DNA from: an uncultured Hormoscilla sp.
Lineage (GTDB): Bacteria; Cyanobacteriota; Cyanobacteriia; Cyanobacteriales; Desertifilaceae
Assembly: GCA_963921275.4 (NCBI GenBank)
Contig: OZ001293.3
Coordinates: 6,400,001-6,464,000 of the forward strand
Reading direction: 5' to 3'
Length of the DNA: 64,000 nt
This document shows, one piece after another, positions 26,323 through 38,764 of the stretch. The position numbers and the translations under genes were made by a program. The notes under the pieces are model-generated. The model ran no database searches, was not told where the DNA came from, and saw only the letters and a list, made by a program, of their open reading frames with translations. Numbering within the stretch: position 1 is the stretch's first letter; every line of letters starts with the position of its first letter.

Positions 26323-26480
26323 TGGTGGTGAAAGTCCACCCCGACTCTGCTCTCGTGACAGCACCTACCCCATGGTAGCGATGGCATCAATACGTGAAGC
26401 GGGTAAAAAAGGCGCCATGACTGGTAGCCTAGACCGGTTATCGCTAAGGCGGATAACCACTCGACCAATAAGCACCGACC
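26323..26480 (+). mobile_element. Internal domain I remnant of a C-like group II intron
   Basis: TGGTGGTGAAAG...GGTAGCGATGGCATCAAT.CGTGAAGCGGG...AGCCTAGACCGGT aligns with ~6627-6745; CGACCAATAAGCAC aligns with ~7709-7722. Confidence 0.7.
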
Positions 26481-26559
26481 TCTCCCTGCTCCCTTTGTGG
26501 TCCGTGGATCGACTAGCATGGTTAGAAGCCGGCTGTCAATGGCTTCTGAAATCACGATC

Positions 26560-26740
26560 AGATCCTAATGACTCTAGCGCCCTTTAAACTGCCAGGAATA
26601 CCTGCGACCGGTCCCCGAGTTTCTGTTGGCGGAACAGTTGCATGGTAGGATACCACGGACTGTCAGCACGATGCAACATCCAGCGGGCAGGTTTAGGGGA
26701 CAAAGGGCAACATTACCTAGGGCTTCTGCCAGATGGGCCA
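26560..26740 (-). pseudogene. C-terminal fragment of a TPR-associated glycosyltransferase
   Basis: AHLAEALG and, in another frame, DSPWYPTMQLFRQ. Confidence 0.55.
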
Positions 26741-26890
26741 TTATCTCCATTGGAATGAAATACCTGTTCTTTACCATTCCATATCTTGATTCAGCAACGC
26801 CTATCCGTCAATTGTTAATTGGAAATCCCAAACTAGGCAACGCCATTTTGCTAAGCTATAGATATGCTAACCTATTCTGCGGCGAGAAAG

Positions 26891-27370
26891 ATGACAGGAG
26901 TTTGCAAACTAGAGATTACCGAGACGACTGAAGAGCTGAAAAGCTTGTTACAAAAGCAAAAATACGTTAGTAACTTTCAAAAACTGCAGGCGCTGTATTT
27001 GTTCAAAATCGATCAGGTGAAGACAGTCAAGGATCTGGCTATAACCTTAGGTAGAAACCGGATCACAGTGCAGCGCTGGTTGCACACCTACCGCACTGAG
27101 GGACTTGCAGGACTGCTGAAGGTAAAGCACAGCGGCGGTCGCAAACCGATGATTCCTGGAGCGGCAATGGCGGGATTGCAAAAGCGACTGCAAGACCCTA
27201 ATAGCTTTTTTAGCAGCTATGGCGAAATCCAAACTTGGTTGCAGTCCGAGTATGGCCTAGATGTCTCCTATAAGGTCGTTTATGCTACAGTTCGATATAA
27301 ACTCAAAGCGGGATTGAAAGTTCATCGGCCAAAACTAGACCAAAGACTAAAACCCGACAGCAAGCAGTAA
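26891..27370 (+). CDS. IS630-like helix-turn-helix protein (no DDE domain)
   Basis: LQALYLFK...RNRITVQRWLHTYRTEGLAGLL...FSSYGEIQTWL...VRYKLKAGLKVHRP. Confidence 0.7.
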   Translation: MTGVCKLEITETTEELKSLLQKQKYVSNFQKLQALYLFKIDQVKTVKDLAITLGRNRITVQRWLHTYRTEGLAGLLKVKHSGGRKPMIPGAAMAGLQKRLQDPNSFFSSYGEIQTWLQSEYGLDVSYKVVYATVRYKLKAGLKVHRPKLDQRLKPDSKQ

Positions 27371-28478
27371 GATAGACATTACCCACTTGACCGCAGATAA
27401 TTTTTAAACACCGATCAAACTATGACTGACGAGCAAGATGTATTAGCCGTTAACCAGGCTTTCTATCACGCTGAACCCCCGACTAAATGTCGTAGGATTG
27501 CAATAGGGCTTCAATCTCATTCCCATCACGAGTCTTATCACTGCCCAGCAGACCGTTAACTAAAGCGTTGTTTCTAACCCGCTTGAAACCGACTAGAAAA
27601 ATTGTAGCATTGGGGGGACGGCAATCTGCATAATCGAGCGATCGGGATTTATTCTACCCCTACGCTGCGCGAAAAATCGCGCGACGCCAGAAACCCGGTA
27701 AGAGAGCCTGCGCGCAGCGCATGCAGTTACCGGGTTTCCTATATCCCCCGCAATGCCTCATTTCTCTATCGCGAATCAAGACAAGCAATGTCTAATCAGA
27801 GATGAGGCGATCTGTCTACATTTCCGATCGTCCAAAGTTTATTAACCCCAGAACTATACGTAATCTTTTATCGGTAATGGAAACGTATTTTTTTCGATGA
27901 TCTAATACTTTTTCACAATTTATCAAATTACGCTGCCGTAGTGTTTCAAACTCTTTTGTGGGTATGCAATTTTTACTTGTATACGTAGCGGCATTCCTCA
28001 GCCTATAGAATAAGTAAAAAAATTATGTGTTTAACTTCCATCATTCTTTTGGTTACTTTTGGTTATACTACAGGGGTATTCTACCGAGGGGTATCCAAAA
28101 CCGGATACCCCCAAAATTCCTATTTTATCCTTGTTCCATCTTTCATTCTTCCTTTTGCATCCTTTTGATATTTTCTAATGCCCTTTCTATTCCTTCAACA
28201 TGACGTTTAAACTCTGGGTTCCCAGCGATAATCAGCTGGTCAATTACAGTCCATACTGCCGCAATTATGCTAAGTGTTAAGACTGCTAGCATAATCGCAA
28301 TGTACACGTATTTGGTCATTTTTGACATTTTTTTCTCCTTTTCTCTTTATTTGCGCCGGTTAGATCAGGTTCTTAGGAGAAGTGCTGAACTTCTAATGAT
28401 ATCCTACATTAAATTTTTACTGTTTCCGCAAAAATCATATAAAGTTTTGTAACAATAATCTGTAAGAGGATAAAACCC

Positions 28479-28718
28479 ATGAGAGAAGTGCAATGTAATG
28501 TCGGCGGCAGCAAGCATTATGAGGAAGGCAGAGTAGAATACCTTTTCTTCTATCAAGGTGAGTATTTGCTAGTTCCTAATACCTCAGTTGAAGCTTGTGT
28601 AGATTGCGGTATAGTTGACTATGATGCAGCGGTGATGAAATAGATTTTATTCGCTATTCACCAGCAAACCGAAGCACCCGATCGCTATATCCAAATTCCT
28701 ACCAAGGTTTACACATAG
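28479..28718 (+). pseudogene. YgiT/MqsA-type zinc-finger protein remnant
   Basis: CNV.G...YLLVPN....C.DCG then stop/frameshift; tail PDRYIQIP. Confidence 0.5.
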
Positions 28719-28857
28719 ATCTTCGATATCGCGCAGAAACCGGGTAACTCCTGTAAAACCCGGTTTCTTATACCCTTTCGCGATGCCATCAACCCGGTTT
28801 CTTGTACCCCCAAGCAAGGCATAATCAGAGGGCAGGTTAATCTAATCTAATCAGAAG

Positions 28858-28990
28858 ATGAATTTGAACCTACGGATATTATCCGATTCATGGGACTGTC
28901 AAGCAGAGAAAATAGGTAATTCTCTCATCCTGCATGGGGACTGTTTCCAATGGTTTCCTCAAGTCCCGGAAAATAGCATTCATGCAGTCT
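28858..28990 (+). pseudogene. N-terminus of a site-specific DNA methyltransferase, truncated
   Basis: ILHGDCFQWFPQVPENSIHAV, cut just before the expected DPPY-type motif by a duplicated segment. Confidence 0.55.
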
Positions 28991-29272
28991 GACTCTGGCA
29001 GTTGGGTGTGATCCGGTAGTAATTCCGGTTGTACTTTTTTGAATGTTGTCTGGACCATTTTCTTTTCCTCTGTGTCAAAAGTGGATAGGGTTTCTCTCTC
29101 TTGATGTGGTAGGACAACATGCAGACAGCATAAGGGTTTTCAGCCCTCGACTGCATACTGCTATATACTATTCTATTCCATCCATTGCGAGTTCAGGCTC
29201 TATTGGTTGATTTTACGGCCCGACCACCGTTCCAATAGGAGCGGCCCCCTCGCAGAAGACTGAGGAAATGCC
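28987..29272. repeat. ~285-bp direct duplicate of 30366-30650
   Basis: Visible near-identity from GTCTGACTCTGGC to GGAAATGCC. Confidence 0.9.
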
Positions 29273-29465
29273 TTGGATATCAGCTTCAGTTTTTCCATGT
29301 TCTAGAATGAATGATTACAACCAACGCTATCTGTATTTTAATTATAGCCCCATAGGTGTCAGGTGGGCGGTGCCCACCGGTCGAGCGAAACCTTTTGGTG
29401 AGCACCACCCACTTGTTTATTTGTACCTATCTATTGATGGCATTCTCAAATATTAGGGATATGCC

Positions 29466-30437
29466 TTACTCGGAAAACTGCCGGACAACTTCAACAGTGA
29501 TTGAGAGCGCTTCTGCTACTTGCTCGGTGCTCAAACCGAGAGCCAATAATCGGGGAATTGCCTCCTGTTGTGACTGTTCAGCTTTTTGAGCCCGTGCCCG
29601 TTCTTGTTCTGCCCGTGCCCGTTCTTGTTCAGCCCTTGCCTGTTCTTGTTCAGCCCGTGCCTGTTCTTGTTCAGCCCGTGCCTGTTCTTGTTCGGCACGT
29701 TGGCGCTCCAGTTTAGCACGTTGGCGCTCCAGTTCAGCACGTTGGCGCTCCAGTTCGGCTCGCTCATTGCCTAGGGGTAACAGATTTCCCCGATCGTCCC
29801 ACCACCGCATCCACGGCTGATTTTGATTCAGATAGACGCCATGCCATACTCCCAGCTCTACTCCTAAAGGTGGTATGGGATAATGTCCTCGTTCATTGGG
29901 TGCTTGTCGAAAATAAGTCCCTCCTTGCAAATGGTAAAATTCCAATGTGCCATTTTTGACAATATATATCCCATAGTAGGGAATGGAGATCATTTGCTCG
30001 TAAACCCAGAATTTTCCCGGTTTGATGAGTGTCCCATCTTCTTCGATCGACATGGGCGTGTTGTCCCGTTCCGGTTTCCCATTACCACTGGCAAACTCTA
30101 AGGCTACTAAGGGTATTACCTGTTCTTTCCAGAGGACATAGGAACGCCGAATCTCCCTTTCTAATCTGGGAGGCACTCCTGGCACGTAAAACCAGTCTGG
30201 TGCTTCGGCACCGCTTTCTGGCGGCTCCGTTTCTTTCCAGTATATGCCGCAGTCTTGTCCGATCGCGTATTGTCCGTCCGGGTGCAACTGCTCTAATATT
30301 GGCAAGAGGGAATCTGTGAGAATTATGCTTTGAGGATGTTCTTGGAAGTTTTTCACAAATGTACCGTCTGACTCTGGCAGTTGGGTGTGATCCGGTAGTA
30401 ATTCCGGTTGTACTTTTTTGAATGTTGTCTGGACCAT
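29466..30437 (-). CDS. Uma2-family endonuclease with C-terminal coiled-coil repeats
   Basis: LPDHTQLPESDG..VKNFQEHPQS, APDWFYV, ALEFAS; (AEQEQAR)n tail. Confidence 0.9.
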   Translation of the reverse strand: MVQTTFKKVQPELLPDHTQLPESDGTFVKNFQEHPQSIILTDSLLPILEQLHPDGQYAIGQDCGIYWKETEPPESGAEAPDWFYVPGVPPRLEREIRRSYVLWKEQVIPLVALEFASGNGKPERDNTPMSIEEDGTLIKPGKFWVYEQMISIPYYGIYIVKNGTLEFYHLQGGTYFRQAPNERGHYPIPPLGVELGVWHGVYLNQNQPWMRWWDDRGNLLPLGNERAELERQRAELERQRAKLERQRAEQEQARAEQEQARAEQEQARAEQERARAEQERARAQKAEQSQQEAIPRLLALGLSTEQVAEALSITVEVVRQFSE

Positions 30438-30697
30438 TTTCTTTTCCTCTGTGTCAAAAGTGGATAGGGTTTCTCTCTCTTGATGTGGTAGGACAACATG
30501 CAGACAGCATAAGGGTTTTCAGCCCTCGACTGCATACTGCTATATACTTTCTATTCCATCCATTGCGGGTTCAGGCTCTATTGGTTTATTTTACGGCCCG
30601 ACCACCGTTCCAATAGGAGCGGCCCCCTCGCAGAAGACTGGGGAAATGCCGCCCAGACTTACCCTCGTTTTGGATTTGGTTTAACATTAATAGGATT

Positions 30698-31021
30698 AGT
30701 CATTTTCCAAGTACCAATCTTCTCCATCTAAAACAGAGAACTCTGTTAACTCTGGAGCGTGCAAGAAATCCCTGGCTGCACACGGCTACGCCTACGCTAC
30801 ACGGCTACGCCTGCGCGATCAGCGGTTGCAGCTATAGATGCAGCTAGCAATTTGTGACGTTCTGCCACAGGTAGCCTCGCAATTTCTTGGAGAGATAGCT
30901 CTTCTCCTATGCTAGAGTCTGGTTGTTCCCGAGTCAACTGCACTTTCTGCTTGACCTTTTGCCGCAGAAATTCCACAAAGTCTAGTACCTCCTGTTGCTT
31001 CTCAGGCGGCAGGACTCCCAT
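30698..31021 (-). pseudogene. DUF2281-like protein interrupted by a small repeat insertion
   Basis: LPPEKQQEVLDFVEFL; tail DFLHAPELTEFSVLDGEDW is separated by a GCGTAGCCGTG-type insert at ~30772-30820. Confidence 0.55.
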
Positions 31022-31373
31022 ATTCTCTAGTACAGCTTGCTTAATGTCGATCGCTTGTTGGCAGGCCAGGGATTGATTTTCCTTTACTCACTATAACATC
31101 GATCGAGTCTTGCCCTCAACCTGGTTTATATTGCGTTTGTTAACGTTAAATCGAAGGTTTTGACGAGCGTTGGTTCATAAGTTAATCGCTACGTACCCCC
31201 CCCACGCTGCGCGAAAAATCGCAATGACAATCTATATCCTTAAACGAGAAGTATTGGCTCCATAGGTGGAAGGTGGGCGGTGCCCACCCTACAATCTAGC
31301 CCGCGCAGGCGGGCTTTGTGAGTGTAGCCGGACTCTTTAGGGTTCGGGCGTGGTCGTCGGAATGCACCCAATA

Positions 31374-34300
31374 TTAAGCGCTAAAGTATTTGGCAACGGA
31401 ATGATAAGTGACGATCGCGGTAGTAGACTGTTCGGGATACAGTTGTTCGCTTTCATCCATGTGCAGACCGATGCGATCGCTTCCCAAGAGGTCCAACTGC
31501 TTGTACTGGTCCTGCATATTGGGGCAGGCAGGATAGCCAAAACTATAGCGCGAACCCTGATAACGCTGCTGCAACATTTCCCGAATGTTATCGGGTTCTT
31601 CACTGCCAAACCCTAACTCGCAGCGAATTTTAGCATGCAACCATTCCGCGATCGCCTCAGCGGTCTGGACTGCCATGCCGTGAAAATAGAGATAATCTGT
31701 ATATTGGTCTTCAGCAAATAGCTTTTGGGCAAACTCCGTAGCAACTTCTCCCACAGTCACCCCATGCATGGGCCAAACATCAACCCGCATTTTGCCATTT
31801 TCCACTGCTAACTCCTTCGGCAAAAAGAAATCTGCAATGCACAGACGGCGCATCGACTTCTGCCGGGGAAACTCGAACGTCTGGATGGGTTGGGCATCCG
31901 AAACAATGTATTGTCCGTCCACAACTGCCTGAGGATCGTAGACTAACAGGGAATTCCCCTCTGCCAGACAGGGGAAATATCCGTAAACTGCCTGGGGATG
32001 CAACAGGTTTTGTTCGACGATCCGCTGCTTCCACTCCGAAAGTATCGGGTACACCTTCTCTTGCAGAAACTCATCGTACTCTTCCCGGGACTGGCCCTTC
32101 GGTTTGCGGAATTGCCATTGCCCTGCCATCAATGCTTGCAAGTCCATATACCAGAATACCTCTTCTAGGGAAATATCCTCTGGTTGCAATACTTTCGTTC
32201 CCCAGAAAGGTGGCGTCGGACGTTCTATATCTACATCTACCGCCTCGGAACGCCGGGTATCGATCTCTACAGGTGGGACATCCGCCTTACTCTCCTCTTT
32301 TGCCGGACTGGGAGTATCCACAACCTTACCATTTCCATTTCCGTTTCCGTTTCCATTTCCATTTCCGTTTGCATCTACTTCATCCAAAAATCCCTGGATG
32401 TCGTCCCAATTTCCTGCGCCTTTCGCGGGCATCAGTTTGTCCATGAAGTTCAAGTCAGAAAAAGCATCCTTGCCGTAAATCACTTTCCCCTTATAGGTGT
32501 TCTGGCAATCTTGATGGACGAACTTGGGCGTTAAGGCGGCACCCCCCAGAATCACTGGTGCGGTGATGCCCCGCTGGTTGAACACTTCCAAATTATCCTT
32601 CATAAAGGCGGTAGACTTCACCAGCAGGCCACTCATGGCGATACAATCTGCCTTATGTTCTTCGTAGGCGTTGATAATGTTATCCACGGGCTGTTTAATC
32701 CCCAGGTTGATCACCCTGTAGCCGTTATTGGAGAGGATGATATCCACCAGGTTCTTGCCGATATCGTGGACATCCCCTTTCACCGTCGCGATCACAAAGG
32801 TTCCTTTAGCATTATCCCCCGCTTCGTCCTTTTCCATGAAGGGTTCCAGATAGGCCACCGCTGCTTTCATCGTTTCCGCTGATTGTAACACGAAGGGCAG
32901 TTGCATTTGTCCCGAACCGAACAATTCTCCCACCACTTTCATCCCGTCCAGCAGGAAGATGTTGATAATATCCAAGGGGGGATGTTTCTCTAGCGCTTTT
33001 GCCAACTGTTCGTCTAAACCGATGCGTTCCCCGTCGATGATGTGCTGCTTCAGCCGTTCTTCTACTGGCAGGTTTTCGTCTACGCTGCGATCGCGCTTAG
33101 CGGTCTTGCCGGCAAACATGGTGGTCAGTTCTGCCAAGGGATCGTAGGTGCAGATATCCCCGTCAAATGTGCGGCGATCGTAGATTAAATTGCGGCAGAC
33201 TTCTTGATGTTCCGGTTCAATTTTAGCCAGGGGCAAAATCTTGCTAGCGCTAACAATAGCACCATCTAACCCGACGGCCATTGCTTCGTGCAGAAACATG
33301 GAATTCAACACGATCCGCGCTGCGGGGTTCAAGCCGAAGGACACGTTCGATACACCGAGTAAAATATGACACCCTGGTAACTCTTTCCGGATGCGCCGAA
33401 TCGATTCTATCGTCGCTTTGCCGTTCTCCCTGTCCTCTTCAATTCCCGTAGAAACAGGTAAAGCCAGTGTATCAAAAAATATTTCGTGAGCGGGGATGTC
33501 GTATTCCAAAGCTTGGTTGTAGGCCCGTTGCGCGATCGCGAATTTCTTGTCAGCAGTCCGGGCCATGCCATCTTCATCAATGGTGCCCACAACCACCCCG
33601 GCGCCATATTTCTTCGCCAGTTCCAATACTTTCAAAAAGCGGGGTTCCCCATCTTCATAGTTAGTAGAATTGAGGATGCATTTCCCCCCGACAACCTTCA
33701 AACCCGCCTCCATCTTTTCCCATTCCGTGGAGTCCAGCATCAGAGGCAAAGTGACATTAGTGACGAGACGAGATGCTAATTCATGCATATCCCGTTCGCC
33801 GTCCCGTCCCACATAATCAACGTTCACATCCAGGACATGGGCACCTTCCTTGACCTGACTTTTGGCCAGGGAAACCAACCCATCCCAGTCTTCCGCATTT
33901 AACATATTGCGGCATTTTTTAGAACCGCTAGCATTCAGCCGTTCCCCCACAATCAGGAAAGAGTTATCCTGGTCGTAAGCTTGGGTACTATAGATGGATG
34001 CCGCTGCGGGTTCAAACTGGAAATGGCGTGCTTTGGGCTTGAGGGTAGCAGCAATTTCTGCTAATTGTTGAATGTGGTCGGGGCGAGTGCCGCAACAACC
34101 GCCAATCACCTGCACGCCCCAATCTTCCACAAACTTGTGCAACGCCATCCGCAATTCCATGGGCGTCAGTTTATAATGGGCATGGCCGCCGATGTTTTCC
34201 GGTAAACCTGCATTGGGGATACAGGATACCACAAAGGGGGAATGTTCGCACATATATTTTATGTGGTCTGCCATCAAATCCGGACCCGTGGCACAGTTGA

Positions 34301-34988
34301 GCCCCATGATGTCAATGGGGTATGGTTGCATAATTGTCAAGGCCGCCTCAATTTCCGATCCCACCAGCATGGTGCCGAAATTTTCAATGGTGACCGAGAC
34401 CATCAGGGGCAGGCGCGATCCTTTTTTCTCAAATACTTCCTCTACTGCATTCAACGCCGCTTTAATTTGCAAAACATCTTGACAGGTTTCGATAATAAAC
34501 AAGTCTGCGCCGCCATCGTAGAGTCCTTCCGCCTGTTCCACGTAAGCAGTCCGGAGGGTATCAAAATTAATATGTCCCAGGGTGGGCAGCTTCGTACCCG
34601 GTCCCATAGATCCGGCCACAAAGCGGGGTTTTTCCGGGGTCGAGAATTCTGCTGTAACTTTTTTTGCCAGTTCGGTGGCAGTTTTATTGAGATAATAGGC
34701 TTTATCTGCCAAGTCATATTCTGCCAGCACGATCGAGGTATTGCCGAAGGTATCGGTCTCGATCACATCTGCACCCGCCGCCAGGAAGTCCCGATGCACC
34801 TTGGCGATCGCCTCTGGTTTAGTATGGACGAGGTACTCGTTACAGCCTTCGTACTCGGGGCCACCGAAGTCAGCGGCGGTCAGATTTTGGGATTGGATGT
34901 TGGTTCCCATCGCCCCATCGAAGACGATTACGGGGCGATCGGGACTGTGGAGGTGCTTCAAAAAGGGACTGTTCATGGATACTCCCAT
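31374..34988 (-). CDS. metH: Cobalamin-dependent methionine synthase
   Basis: [32 protein letters not shown]; 1204 aa. Confidence 0.97.
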   Translation of the reverse strand: MGVSMNSPFLKHLHSPDRPVIVFDGAMGTNIQSQNLTAADFGGPEYEGCNEYLVHTKPEAIAKVHRDFLAAGADVIETDTFGNTSIVLAEYDLADKAYYLNKTATELAKKVTAEFSTPEKPRFVAGSMGPGTKLPTLGHINFDTLRTAYVEQAEGLYDGGADLFIIETCQDVLQIKAALNAVEEVFEKKGSRLPLMVSVTIENFGTMLVGSEIEAALTIMQPYPIDIMGLNCATGPDLMADHIKYMCEHSPFVVSCIPNAGLPENIGGHAHYKLTPMELRMALHKFVEDWGVQVIGGCCGTRPDHIQQLAEIAATLKPKARHFQFEPAAASIYSTQAYDQDNSFLIVGERLNASGSKKCRNMLNAEDWDGLVSLAKSQVKEGAHVLDVNVDYVGRDGERDMHELASRLVTNVTLPLMLDSTEWEKMEAGLKVVGGKCILNSTNYEDGEPRFLKVLELAKKYGAGVVVGTIDEDGMARTADKKFAIAQRAYNQALEYDIPAHEIFFDTLALPVSTGIEEDRENGKATIESIRRIRKELPGCHILLGVSNVSFGLNPAARIVLNSMFLHEAMAVGLDGAIVSASKILPLAKIEPEHQEVCRNLIYDRRTFDGDICTYDPLAELTTMFAGKTAKRDRSVDENLPVEERLKQHIIDGERIGLDEQLAKALEKHPPLDIINIFLLDGMKVVGELFGSGQMQLPFVLQSAETMKAAVAYLEPFMEKDEAGDNAKGTFVIATVKGDVHDIGKNLVDIILSNNGYRVINLGIKQPVDNIINAYEEHKADCIAMSGLLVKSTAFMKDNLEVFNQRGITAPVILGGAALTPKFVHQDCQNTYKGKVIYGKDAFSDLNFMDKLMPAKGAGNWDDIQGFLDEVDANGNGNGNGNGNGNGKVVDTPSPAKEESKADVPPVEIDTRRSEAVDVDIERPTPPFWGTKVLQPEDISLEEVFWYMDLQALMAGQWQFRKPKGQSREEYDEFLQEKVYPILSEWKQRIVEQNLLHPQAVYGYFPCLAEGNSLLVYDPQAVVDGQYIVSDAQPIQTFEFPRQKSMRRLCIADFFLPKELAVENGKMRVDVWPMHGVTVGEVATEFAQKLFAEDQYTDYLYFHGMAVQTAEAIAEWLHAKIRCELGFGSEEPDNIREMLQQRYQGSRYSFGYPACPNMQDQYKQLDLLGSDRIGLHMDESEQLYPEQSTTAIVTYHSVAKYFSA

Positions 34989-35063
34989 CTAATATTAAAT
35001 CATTCTTAAGTTAATATAGCATATATTTATCGACGATCTAGGAGAGATGCCATGGAGTCTGTA

Positions 35064-35369
35064 ATGATGTCCGGATGGGTGAGACCCGCAGATAGTTCGG
35101 TGCTGCGCCTGGCCGCAACGGCAGCGAGAGATAACTTTGCCCAGACGGTTAACCGCGTGGCCTCCGGCGATCGGCAAGTGATTTTGAGTCAAGACGGGAA
35201 GGACGTAGCAGCTATCATCCATATAGAGTAATTTTGGCTGCTAGAGAGTTCGATAGAAAAGTTGTCAGACGAGTTTTATGCAGAGGAGGCTGAGAAAATT
35301 TTGGCTCAGACGAAACGCGAAGACTATATTCCCTATGAGCAAGTCAGAAAAGAACTCGGGTTGGAGTAA
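35064..35369 (+). pseudogene. Phd/YefM antitoxin with a premature stop
   Basis: ATAARDNFAQTVNRV...GKDVAAIIHIE*FWLL...IPYEQVRKELGLE*. Confidence 0.65.
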
Positions 35370-35559
35370 TGGATGAAGATAACAATTACAGTATAATTTA
35401 CTCTAGAACTGGCGTTGTACAAAGGAGCAAGAAAATTGATCGAGAACATGGGAGGCCAAGAGGTAGATATCTTTATGCCAGAAGCGATAATCATGTCGAT
35501 CGATCGCTTCTGGGTGCCTGAATATTTGTTCGTCAAGTAGAGAAAGGAGTTATTAACTA

Positions 35560-36198
35560 ATGACTGTGCCGACAGCAACAATCAGAGAATCACGAACTGT
35601 GTTAACAGGTGTCAGTTGGCAAACCTTTAAGGCATTGCTGGCAGAGATCGGAGAAGACCGGACTTGTATAATTGCTTACGATCGGGGAATATTAGAGATT
35701 ATGACTCCTTATGCAGGACATAAAGAACCAGTAGCACTGATAGAAGATTTTGTTACAGCAGTTGCAGATGAAATCGGTATAGAAGTCAGACGACTCGGTT
35801 CCCTGACTCTGGAACGATCAGACTTAACCCGGATGGTAGAATCAGATACTTGTTTCTACATTCAGAATGAATCTTTGGTCAGAGGTAAGGCAGAAATAGA
35901 CTTGAATATTGACCCGCCACCAGACCTGGTAGTAGAGTCGGACTACACGAGCTCTTCTTTGAACAAATTGGAAATCTATGCATCCCTCGGTGTTCCCGAA
36001 CTCTGGAGATATCGCCGGTAAACTCTGCAAGTTTATCAGCTAATCGCGGGAAAATATGAACCTAGCGATCACAGTTTAGCTTTTCCGTTCTTCCCGATCG
36101 CGGAAGTACCAGAATTTATCGCCCAAAGTCAAACCATTGGCCAGCGTTCGGCAGTGCGGGCATTTCGCCGACGCATTCAAGCAATTTTGCAAGAGTGA
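35560..36198 (+). pseudogene. Uma2 endonuclease with an in-frame stop at 36019-36021
   Basis: PPPDLVVE..., ASLGVPELWRYRR* then the frame continues TLQVYQL...SLAFPFFP to 36198. Confidence 0.75.
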
Positions 36199-36224
36199 AG
36201 AAGATCGTCAATTAGGCAAATTCT

Positions 36225-36581
36225 GTGCTAACAGCAACCAAACTAGCGAGTGTTCAAGAGCAATTTACCTCAGAGTCCAGAGTCCTGTTAAGAGATGTGA
36301 GTTGGCAAACCTTTAAGGCATTGCTGGCAGAGATCGGGGAGGATCGGACTTGTAGAATTGCTTACGATCAAGGTGTGTTAGAAATTAGAATGCCACTCCA
36401 AGCACATCAAGTACCTAAAGGACTGATCGAGAGCTTTGTGGAAGCGATCGCAGATGAATTAGAAATCGAGGTAATGAAACTGGGTTCCTTGCTGCTAGAG
36501 CGAGAAGATTTAGCCCGCGCTGTCGAACCAGATACCTGTTTCTACATTCAGAATGAATCTTTGGTTAGACCAGAATTTTGA
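36225..36581 (+). pseudogene. Truncated Uma2 paralog
   Basis: VSWQTFKALL...VEPDTCFYIQNE then ends. Confidence 0.7.
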
Positions 36582-36617
36582 CTTTCATCGCCGTATTTTG
36601 CTGTACTTCTTTATATT

Positions 36618-38141
36618 ATGAAGGATAAAAATGGTAAAGTCTACTTGGTAGGGGCTGGAGTCGGAGATGTTAACTATCTTACCATGAGGGCCCATCAACT
36701 ACTTGCCCAAGCCGAAGTTTTAGTTTATGATGCTCTCGTGGATAGCCAGTTGTTGCAGTTAGTCCCCAATAATTGTCTGCAACTGCATGTGGGGAAACGG
36801 GGCGGTCAACCCAGTACGCGCCAAGGGGAAATTAATCGGTTGCTGGTAGTATACTGTCAGCAAGGGAAACAGGTAGTGCGGCTGAAAACTGGCGATCCCT
36901 TGATTTTTGGTCGCAGTCGGGCGGAAATTGAGAGCTTAATTGCTGCTGGCTGTGCTTTTGAGGTGATTCCCGGTATTTCTGCCGCTACCGCAGCACCTCT
37001 TTGGGCCCTCATTCCCCTCACCGATCGGGACTTGAGTCGCTGTTTTGCTGTGGTGACTGGTCACAATCCCGCTATACTAGATTGGCATACCTTAGCCCAG
37101 ATTGATACCTTAGTAATTTTAATGGGAGGCTCTCGCCTAGAGGAAATTGTGCTACATTTGCAGGCAAATGGCCGATCGCCGTCAACCCCGATCGCGATTA
37201 TTCGCTCTTGCGGCAGTCCGCAGCAGCAGATTTGGACAGCACTGCTTCAGAACATTGTCCGAGAAACGGCGGGAGCATCTCTCTCGCCAGCGGTAATAAT
37301 AATTGGAGAAGTGGTAAAACTGCGAGAATATTGGCTTCATCAGAAAACTATGCATGCACCATTAACAGGTAAAACGATCTTAGTAACCCGTTCTGCGGGA
37401 CAGTCTACTCAATTTCGGCAGATGTTGCAACAGGAGGGGGCACGGGTAATAGAAATGCCGACTTTGGAAATAGGACCGCCATCCAGTTGGGAGGAACTGG
37501 ATAATGCTATATTACATTTATCGGACTTCAGTTGGTTAATTCTCACTTCCGCTAACGGGGTAGATTACTTTTTTGAGAGACTGCAAGTACAAGGAAAAGA
37601 TAGTCGGGCCAAGGCAGGGGTAAAAATAGCAGTAGTCGGGAAAAAAACAGCCGCGAGTTTGCAGCAACGAGGTTTAAAACCAGACTTTATCCCCCCCGAG
37701 TTTGTAGCAGATGCTTTGGTAGCACATTTCCCCGAGAAGTTAGAGTGCAAAAAAGTTCTCTTTCCTCGGGTAGAAAGCGGCGGACGCCAGGTATTGGTGC
37801 AGGAATTAACCGCCAAAGGTGCAGAAGTGGTGGAGGTTCCTGCTTACGAGTCTCGCTGTCCGGAGAAAATATCGCCTTCAGCGTTAGACGCCCTGCAACG
37901 ACAAGCAGTAGATGTAATAACTTTTGCCAGTTCCAAAACTGTGAAGAATTTCTGTAAGTTAATAGCAGCAGCAGATGGGGTATACTTAAATAAAGTTTGT
38001 ATTGCCTCGATCGGCCCCCAAACCTCCCAAACCTGCCATCAACTCTTGGGGCGAGTGGATGCAGAAGCACTCGAGTATACTTTGGAGGGGCTCAAAGAGG
38101 CGATCGGGCAATGGGCAATGGGCAAAGTAGGACAGGGATAA
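36618..38141 (+). CDS. cobA: Fused uroporphyrinogen-III C-methyltransferase / synthase (CobA-HemD)
   Basis: VYLVGAGVGD, RLKTGDP, then ILVTRS...LILTSANGV...FASSKTV...SIGPQT. Confidence 0.92.
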   Translation: MKDKNGKVYLVGAGVGDVNYLTMRAHQLLAQAEVLVYDALVDSQLLQLVPNNCLQLHVGKRGGQPSTRQGEINRLLVVYCQQGKQVVRLKTGDPLIFGRSRAEIESLIAAGCAFEVIPGISAATAAPLWALIPLTDRDLSRCFAVVTGHNPAILDWHTLAQIDTLVILMGGSRLEEIVLHLQANGRSPSTPIAIIRSCGSPQQQIWTALLQNIVRETAGASLSPAVIIIGEVVKLREYWLHQKTMHAPLTGKTILVTRSAGQSTQFRQMLQQEGARVIEMPTLEIGPPSSWEELDNAILHLSDFSWLILTSANGVDYFFERLQVQGKDSRAKAGVKIAVVGKKTAASLQQRGLKPDFIPPEFVADALVAHFPEKLECKKVLFPRVESGGRQVLVQELTAKGAEVVEVPAYESRCPEKISPSALDALQRQAVDVITFASSKTVKNFCKLIAAADGVYLNKVCIASIGPQTSQTCHQLLGRVDAEALEYTLEGLKEAIGQWAMGKVGQG

Positions 38142-38531
38142 TCTTAGTAGTCAATAGTCAGGCGGAGTGGGAAGCTAAGCTATTGGATAGCTGCTGGATA
38201 TGTAGTCCTGATTTTGCTGGCGGTTTCATCGACAATTTTAGTATTCTGGAATGTCGAGATGGCGAGAAGAGAAGACGACAAATTGCGCAAGAGCTGGGAT
38301 CCTGGCACAACCGCCAGCACAACCGCAACATTGAAACAGATAAAATATAGAACTAACAACTAACAACTACGGCGCGGGGTAGCAACCTATCAGCAGAACC
38401 CGCAGGTGCCGTCCGATTTTTCCGGAACGGTATATCAGGGACTATTGCCAACGGATTCCGATTGGCAGCGATTTAAGAAGTCAGCGTTGCCGTCCGATTT
38501 TTCCGGAACGGTGGAGGATAATTGATCAATT

Positions 38532-38726
38532 ATGACACCAGGAGAGTTAAGAGAAAAAGGCTATCATATTTTAGTTAGCCATTTAGGACAAGTGGATGCA
38601 ATTCGCTTTTTACAACAGATGGGATGGGGCCATGGTGACTATACCCAAGAAAGAGGCGATATTTTGGATTCTGTAACGCGAGAGGAGTTTTGGCAGGATT
38701 TGCAGAGGATTAGAGATAGTAAATAA
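38532..38726 (+). CDS. Small hypothetical protein (antitoxin-like)
   Basis: LVSHLGQVDAIRFLQQ...GDYTQER. Confidence 0.5.
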   Translation: MTPGELREKGYHILVSHLGQVDAIRFLQQMGWGHGDYTQERGDILDSVTREEFWQDLQRIRDSK

Positions 38727-38764
38727 TTTTTAAAAGACGTGAAATGTTTTTCTAGCAGTCGGGT

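Noticed and set aside
32329..32372. (NG)n tract in MetH
   Set aside because: In-frame low-complexity interdomain linker; unremarkable.
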